From assembly GCA_008933635.1 (NCBI GenBank), contig WBUQ01000004.1, positions 29,261-93,260 on the forward strand: 64,000 bases of DNA, written 5' to 3'. This DNA is from Desulfobulbaceae bacterium (lineage in GTDB: Bacteria > Desulfobacterota > Desulfobulbia > Desulfobulbales > Desulfocapsaceae). The notes under the pieces were generated by a model. That model made no database searches, had not been told where the DNA came from, and saw only the letters and a list, made by a program, of their open reading frames with translations. The translations under genes were made by a program, and so were the position numbers. Position 1 is the first letter of the stretch. Each line of letters starts with the position of its first letter. Below, piece by piece: positions 60,087 through 64,000 of this stretch.

Positions 60087-61755
60087 GGCTACCTCCCAGC
60101 ATGATGGAATTGGCGGCACCAGGCGGCACCATCGGATAGACCTCTTCTTCCCGGTCGATCGGGATATTCAGCAGGCACGGCCCCTTCTCCGAGAAGAGCC
60201 TCGCCATCAGGCCAACCAGCTCGCCATTATCGGGCACAGAGTACGCCGGCATGCCGAAGCCGCGGGCGATGGCGGCGAAATCGATATCGATCTGGAAATC
60301 GGAAGCAAAAAACTGCTGGCGATAGAACAGGTTCTGCTGCTGCCGGACCAGACCGAGGGAGCGGTTGTTCATGACGATGATTTTGATGTCCGCCTGCTGT
60401 TCGACGGCCGTTGCCAGTTCCTGGATGTTCATCTGCAGACTGCCGTCACCGGTAAACAGCACCACCTGCCTTCCCGGATTGGCCAGCGCCGCCCCGATCG
60501 CCGCCGGCAGGCCGAAGCCCATGGTTCCGAGGCCGCCGGAGGTGAGGAGTTGTCTCGGGCGACCAAGCGGATAGACCTGGGCCGTCCACATCTGGTGCTT
60601 GCCGACATCGGTGGCGACAAAACCTCCTTCCCCCAGCATCGCCGCCGCCTGCAGAATCAGACCGTACGGTTTTTCCGGGACCACCGCCTCCGGGGTGGCC
60701 ATCGGGTACATCTCCTGCAGTACCTGGATCTGCCGCCACCAGCTCCTGCGCTCCTGGCATTCAAGCAGCGGCAGCAGGGAAGCAAGGCTCTGCCGGACAT
60801 CGCCCACCAGGGATACATTGGCCGGCTTCAGTTTCGATACCTCACTCGGATCGATATCCATGTGGATCACATGGGCTGCAGGACAGAATTCGACGATCCT
60901 GCCGGTTGCCCGGTCATCGAACCGGGCCCCGGCGGCGATGAACAGGTCGCAGTCCTGCAGCGCCATATTGGTCGAGCGGGCGGCATGCATGCCGAGCATG
61001 CCCAGGGCCTGGGGATGGCCGGCAGGCATTGAGCCAAGTCCCATCAGAGTCATCACCGCCGGAATACCCGAACGCTCCACGATTGCCCGGGCCTCTTCAG
61101 CCGCCTCGGCATGAATGATCCCGCCGCCCAGACACAGCACCGGCCGCCTGGCGCGGTTGATCATTTCCGCAGCAGCTGCCAGCTGCTGCCGGTCCGCAGG
61201 TTGCGTCTCCAGCCGACGCCCAGGCTCTGGCCACTGGTGGAAGGAGATTTCGGCCGACTGCACATCCTTCGGCACATCTATCAGTACCGGCCCTGGGCGC
61301 CCGGACAGGGCCAGAGCAAAGGCCCTGGGAACAACTTCAAGCAGTTCCTCCACCGAGCGGACGAGGAAATTGTGCTTGGTGATAGGTATCGACATGCCAT
61401 AGATATCTACCTCCTGGAATGCGTCAGTGCCAATCAGCGACATCGGCACCTGACCGGTGATGCAGACCACCGGGATCGAATCGAGATAGGCGTCGGCGAT
61501 GGCGGTCAGAATATTGGTCGCTCCCGGCCCCGAAGTGGCGAAACAGACACCGACCTGACCGGTAGTCCGGGCAATGCCCTGGGCGAGGAAACCAGCCCCC
61601 TGTTCGTGCCGGCAGAGAATATGGCGGAGGCGCCGACTCTCCGCCAGTGCTTCGTACAGCGGCAGGTTGGCTCCACCCGGGATGCCGGCAACGAGCTCCA
61701 CCTCCTGCCGCTCAAGCAGTTTGATGATCAGCCGGGCTCCATTCATCGTATACAT
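60064..61755 (-). CDS. ilvB: Acetolactate synthase large subunit (ThDP/FAD)
   Basis: 563 aa. The ThDP motif is GLGTMGFGLPAAIGA...GDGSLQMNIQEL. AAAGGAGAA lies upstream of ATG 61755. Confidence 0.9.
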   Translation of the reverse strand: MYTMNGARLIIKLLERQEVELVAGIPGGANLPLYEALAESRRLRHILCRHEQGAGFLAQGIARTTGQVGVCFATSGPGATNILTAIADAYLDSIPVVCITGQVPMSLIGTDAFQEVDIYGMSIPITKHNFLVRSVEELLEVVPRAFALALSGRPGPVLIDVPKDVQSAEISFHQWPEPGRRLETQPADRQQLAAAAEMINRARRPVLCLGGGIIHAEAAEEARAIVERSGIPAVMTLMGLGSMPAGHPQALGMLGMHAARSTNMALQDCDLFIAAGARFDDRATGRIVEFCPAAHVIHMDIDPSEVSKLKPANVSLVGDVRQSLASLLPLLECQERRSWWRQIQVLQEMYPMATPEAVVPEKPYGLILQAAAMLGEGGFVATDVGKHQMWTAQVYPLGRPRQLLTSGGLGTMGFGLPAAIGAALANPGRQVVLFTGDGSLQMNIQELATAVEQQADIKIIVMNNRSLGLVRQQQNLFYRQQFFASDFQIDIDFAAIARGFGMPAYSVPDNGELVGLMARLFSEKGPCLLNIPIDREEEVYPMVPPGAANSIMLGGSHVEKCQA

Positions 61756-61805
61756 GTCGTTCTCCTTTGCTGGATGATGGGTTGCATCGGCACCGTGCGG
61801 CAGGG

Positions 61806-61842
61806 CAACAAAAAACCCCCGCCGGCGAAGCGCCGACGGGGG
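61806..61842 (-). terminator. Intrinsic terminator in the ilvBN leader (attenuator)
   Basis: The minus strand reads CCCCCGTCGGCG-CTT-CGCCGGCGGGGG (12-bp stem, one mismatch), then TTTTTTGTTG. It ends only 50 nt before the ilvB ATG, so it lies inside the leader rather than after a gene. Confidence 0.7.
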
Positions 61843-61874
61843 TTAATATGCTGTAACTGTTCTTTTTTATCCCC

Positions 61875-61970
61875 TCATGGCACTCCGCCTTCAACCTTTC
61901 GGACCACGACCACCACACTCACGTTCAGTGCCACGCTGAGAATTATGCCGGTGAACTGGTCGATCTGCAT
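61875..61970 (-). CDS. ilvBN leader peptide, 31 aa, Val-run
   Basis: The minus-strand ORF ATG...TGA encodes MQIDQFTGIILSVALNVSVVVVVRKVEGGVP. The stop lies 32 nt before the terminator hairpin. It is below the ORF-track size cutoff. Confidence 0.6.
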   Translation of the reverse strand: MQIDQFTGIILSVALNVSVVVVVRKVEGGVP

Positions 61971-62102
61971 TGTCCGGATGCCGTTTGAGGGTAAATTCCA
62001 AGTACTACTGTTTGAACGGATAGCAGAAGAAAACAAACCCGTCAAGGGCTTTCCGGTCCAATATCAGGACAGACTGTTGCCGCAGGCCGCCATTGCCAGC
62101 CA

Positions 62103-62348
62103 TCATTTCTGTTCCTGATACATATTCCATTCACACTGAGCCATCGGTTCGAACCCCTGCTCCTGGACAAGGATATAACAGTAACAGCAGATCGAAATCG
62201 ACTGCCTTGCCGTCCTGATCCGGTCCATCCAGCTCAGCTCTGAGGCATGGGCCTCCAGAACGGTAAGGTCCGACCCGAGCGAGGATAGGGCAACCCCCGA
62301 TCCTATTGCCCCGGACATGGACAGGAACCTCCTCCTGCTGATTTCCAT
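62103..62348 (-). pseudogene. N-terminal relic of a periplasmic (Tat-exported) formate dehydrogenase alpha subunit
   Basis: MEISRRRFLSMSGAIGSGVALSSLGSDL...ARQSISICCYC matches the Tat signal plus the first Fe-S Cys motif of FdnG/FdhA-type proteins. Similarity ends there, with a stop after 81 codons. Confidence 0.55.
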
Positions 62349-62436
62349 ACACTCTCCTTTCTGGTTGTGAATGATTGAAGGAACTGCCGTTAACCTGTGA
62401 CGCAGTCAGACATCGCTCATTTCCTGCTTCCCGGCA

Positions 62437-62868
62437 TCATCCTCTGGGCAGGCGGCGAAAATTCCCCGTCCTGTCGTATTCCCTCCCGTCTTCTTCCGGA
62501 TTCGCATGCACTCCAGCAAGAAAACGGGGAATCAGTATTTCAACGATCAATCCCCGGTCCTCCAGTATCGGTCCTGGCAGACGGAGAACCATCCTAACCC
62601 CGCCATCCTCGATCTCCGGCATCAGGATGCCGCAGCCGGCAGCCGAGGCGGCGATCCGTACTCCTGTCTCATCGTCACCGCCAAGGCCGTCCTCGAAACT
62701 GAGGACGCAGACGTGGTCGCTTCCGACGGCTATGACGCATCCCGATCCTTTGCCTGTACTCAGGCAACCGGAAGGATCGCATGACGACTCGGGAAAAGCA
62801 TGCGCTCCGCCCTGCACCGGTATGAATTGAATCATCATTCTGCCCGCCTTGCTGATGACGACCTGCAT
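62437..62868 (-). CDS. Hypothetical protein (weak call)
   Basis: 143-aa ORF with genome-like GC-rich third positions. It is Gly/Cys-rich (CDPSGC, GSGC, AAGCG). No recognised family. A plus-strand ORF overlaps it. Confidence 0.3.
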   Translation of the reverse strand: MQVVISKAGRMMIQFIPVQGGAHAFPESSCDPSGCLSTGKGSGCVIAVGSDHVCVLSFEDGLGGDDETGVRIAASAAGCGILMPEIEDGGVRMVLRLPGPILEDRGLIVEILIPRFLAGVHANPEEDGREYDRTGNFRRLPRG

Positions 62869-63209
62869 TCGCTGGAAACGTCAAGAATTCGCCAGGAATC
62901 GATCTTTTAATGAGTGGAAGATATAGATGGTTCTTTCCTGGTGACAACGAATTTCCTTCGCGTTACCAATAACGACAAAAACAGATATGTATTTCTTTTT
63001 ATTCGATTTTTATGCAAGCAATATGACTGCAGGAGTGTAGGCGAAAATCCTACTGGGCCATAGGGAAAATCACCACCTGCTGTCAGGCTGCGCCCGACCT
63101 CTGCCCATCCGGCTGCACGTCCTGCGCCCTGGAGGCAGAATCGAATACACCGTCAACTGCCCGGAACAAAAGAAGTGGACTTGGCAGCAAGGCTGGTTAT
63201 CATATCAGC

Positions 63210-64000
63210 ATGATTCACGACCAACCCGTCCATCCGCAATTCTTCAGGGAATACCGCCTCCGCCTGCTCATCCTGTCGGTTATGGTTGCCGGCTTTCTCT
63301 TCGGATTCGCCGACCAGGTCTCCAACCGGAACTTCGAGCGCCTCCACATCTTTCTGTTCAACCTCTGCAGCGGCGGCTTTGTCATCCTCTACCACACCGA
63401 AAACACCGCGCAGCCGTCACCAAGGGCCTATGGCTTTCTGGTCCTCAGTTTTTGCTATGCCGTCTTCGCTTTCTTCAAGCTCTACCTGCCGGCGGCTGTC
63501 ATCTCGGTAATCCTGGCCTTTGTGGTGGAATCCATCCGGATGCAGAAATTCCCCTTCGTGCCCCTCGACCTCTTTTCCGCCCGAACCCCAATTATCGACA
63601 AGTTTCACCACGCTTCCATCCTCTGCCTCTCCATCTCCCTGATCATCGCCGCCTTCGTCGTCGTCAACAATGACGCCCTGCACTGGATCGCCAACCGGAA
63701 CCTGACCCTGAATCTTTTCTTCCTCGGCTACTCCTTCCCGTTGTCGCTGATGGCGATGTCGGTGATGTTCTCCTTTGTCGATGAAGCCAGATCGCCCGCC
63801 TTGCAATGGCTCCAGCATTTCTTCTTCTGGTTCGTCACCCTCGGCGTCGTGGTGTTCTTCGTCTTCATCCTGAAGGAGATGATGTCGGCAAAATTCATCA
63901 TCGCCTCGGCACTTTTCGTTGTCGTTGCCATGATGCTGGCTTTCTTCGTCCGCTACGGACGAGCCGTGCAGCAGAAGCAATTCCTCCTTTCCGGCATGTG
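63210..64000 (+). CDS. Polytopic membrane protein, 5' part (open-ended at the window edge)
   Basis: From ATG 63210 the frame stays open to 64000 (MIHDQPVHPQFFREYRLRLLILSVMVAGFLFGF...). There are at least 6 hydrophobic segments and C/G-ending codons. It is absent from the ORF track because there is no stop in the window. Confidence 0.65.
   Translation, partial: MIHDQPVHPQFFREYRLRLLILSVMVAGFLFGFADQVSNRNFERLHIFLFNLCSGGFVILYHTENTAQPSPRAYGFLVLSFCYAVFAFFKLYLPAAVISVILAFVVESIRMQKFPFVPLDLFSARTPIIDKFHHASILCLSISLIIAAFVVVNNDALHWIANRNLTLNLFFLGYSFPLSLMAMSVMFSFVDEARSPALQWLQHFFFWFVTLGVVVFFVFILKEMMSAKFIIASALFVVVAMMLAFFVRYGRAVQQKQFLLSGM

Noticed and set aside
61712-61918. 68-aa minus-strand track ORF upstream of ilvB (MWWSWSERLK...)
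   Set aside because: It runs straight through the terminator hairpin and into ilvB in another frame. The 31-codon Val-run ORF in a different frame explains the region better.
62375-62830. 151-aa plus-strand ORF overlapping the orphan minus-strand ORF
   Set aside because: Its Arg/Pro/Ser-rich composition and A/T-poor codon pattern look like a shadow frame. Neither strand is certain, but the minus frame has the better codon bias.
63417-63980. 187-aa D/E/H-rich minus-strand ORF
   Set aside because: It is the mirror image of the open-ended plus-strand membrane-protein gene starting at 63210. Its composition is implausible for a protein.

Overview
GC-rich bacterial chromosomal segment. The gene content fits an anaerobic, propionate-metabolising deltaproteobacterium of the Desulfobulbus type, but that taxon is inference only. 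I support about 55 protein genes, 2 decayed genes, no tRNA or rRNA, no CRISPR and no transposase.

Layout:
- 1-2.4 kb: VTC-domain/DUF4956 operon.
- 2.7-6.2 kb: Lrp-type regulator plus bifunctional PutA.
- 6.3-7.1 kb: TauE exporter.
- 7.9-12.0 kb: tightly coupled cytoplasmic [NiFe]-hydrogenase operon. Order is V4R protein, small subunit, large subunit, 2x[4Fe-4S] ferredoxin, second V4R protein, maturation protease.
- 12.3-17.6 kb: pcm, BamE-like lipoprotein, htpG, a metallophosphoesterase and a HemY-like oxidase.
- 17.7-19.0 kb: dnaA, followed by a 0.7 kb non-coding gap that is a candidate origin.
- 19.7-27.7 kb: comF, bamA, mfd and a HAD hydrolase.
- 27.9-32.3 kb: DUF2284, AcuB-like CBS protein, AcuC-like deacetylase, YhdH-type reductase and an MBL hydrolase.
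- 32.7-50.1 kb: a large methylmalonyl-CoA/propionate locus. It holds a Na+-pumping methylmalonyl-CoA decarboxylase (mmdA/D/C/B-like), TetR, epimerase, B12 mutase, MeaB, gamma-CA, transcarboxylase 5S-BCCP and 12S subunits, sucCD and prpE.
- 50.7-55.5 kb: a 1433-aa fused double-activase/dehydratase-like protein with an RHH partner.
- 55.6-56.8 kb: a decayed formate dehydrogenase gene.
- 56.8-61.8 kb: two aldehyde dehydrogenases and ilvBN.
- 62.1-64.0 kb: a second FDH relic, an orphan ORF and an open-ended membrane-protein gene.

Most interesting signals:
- An oriented repeated motif built on AACATTGTT marks every promoter gap of the propionate locus. An orphan fourth copy forms a near-consensus promoter pointing into 0.3 kb of non-coding DNA that ends in a plus-strand terminator.
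- An unannotated Val-rich leader peptide plus terminator sits in front of ilvBN.
- A 69-aa, TM-less OadG/MmdD-like microprotein lies next to the soluble transcarboxylase.
- Twin V4R proteins are embedded in the hydrogenase operon.
- The giant activase fusion has unknown chemistry.
- Two independent FDH relics are present.
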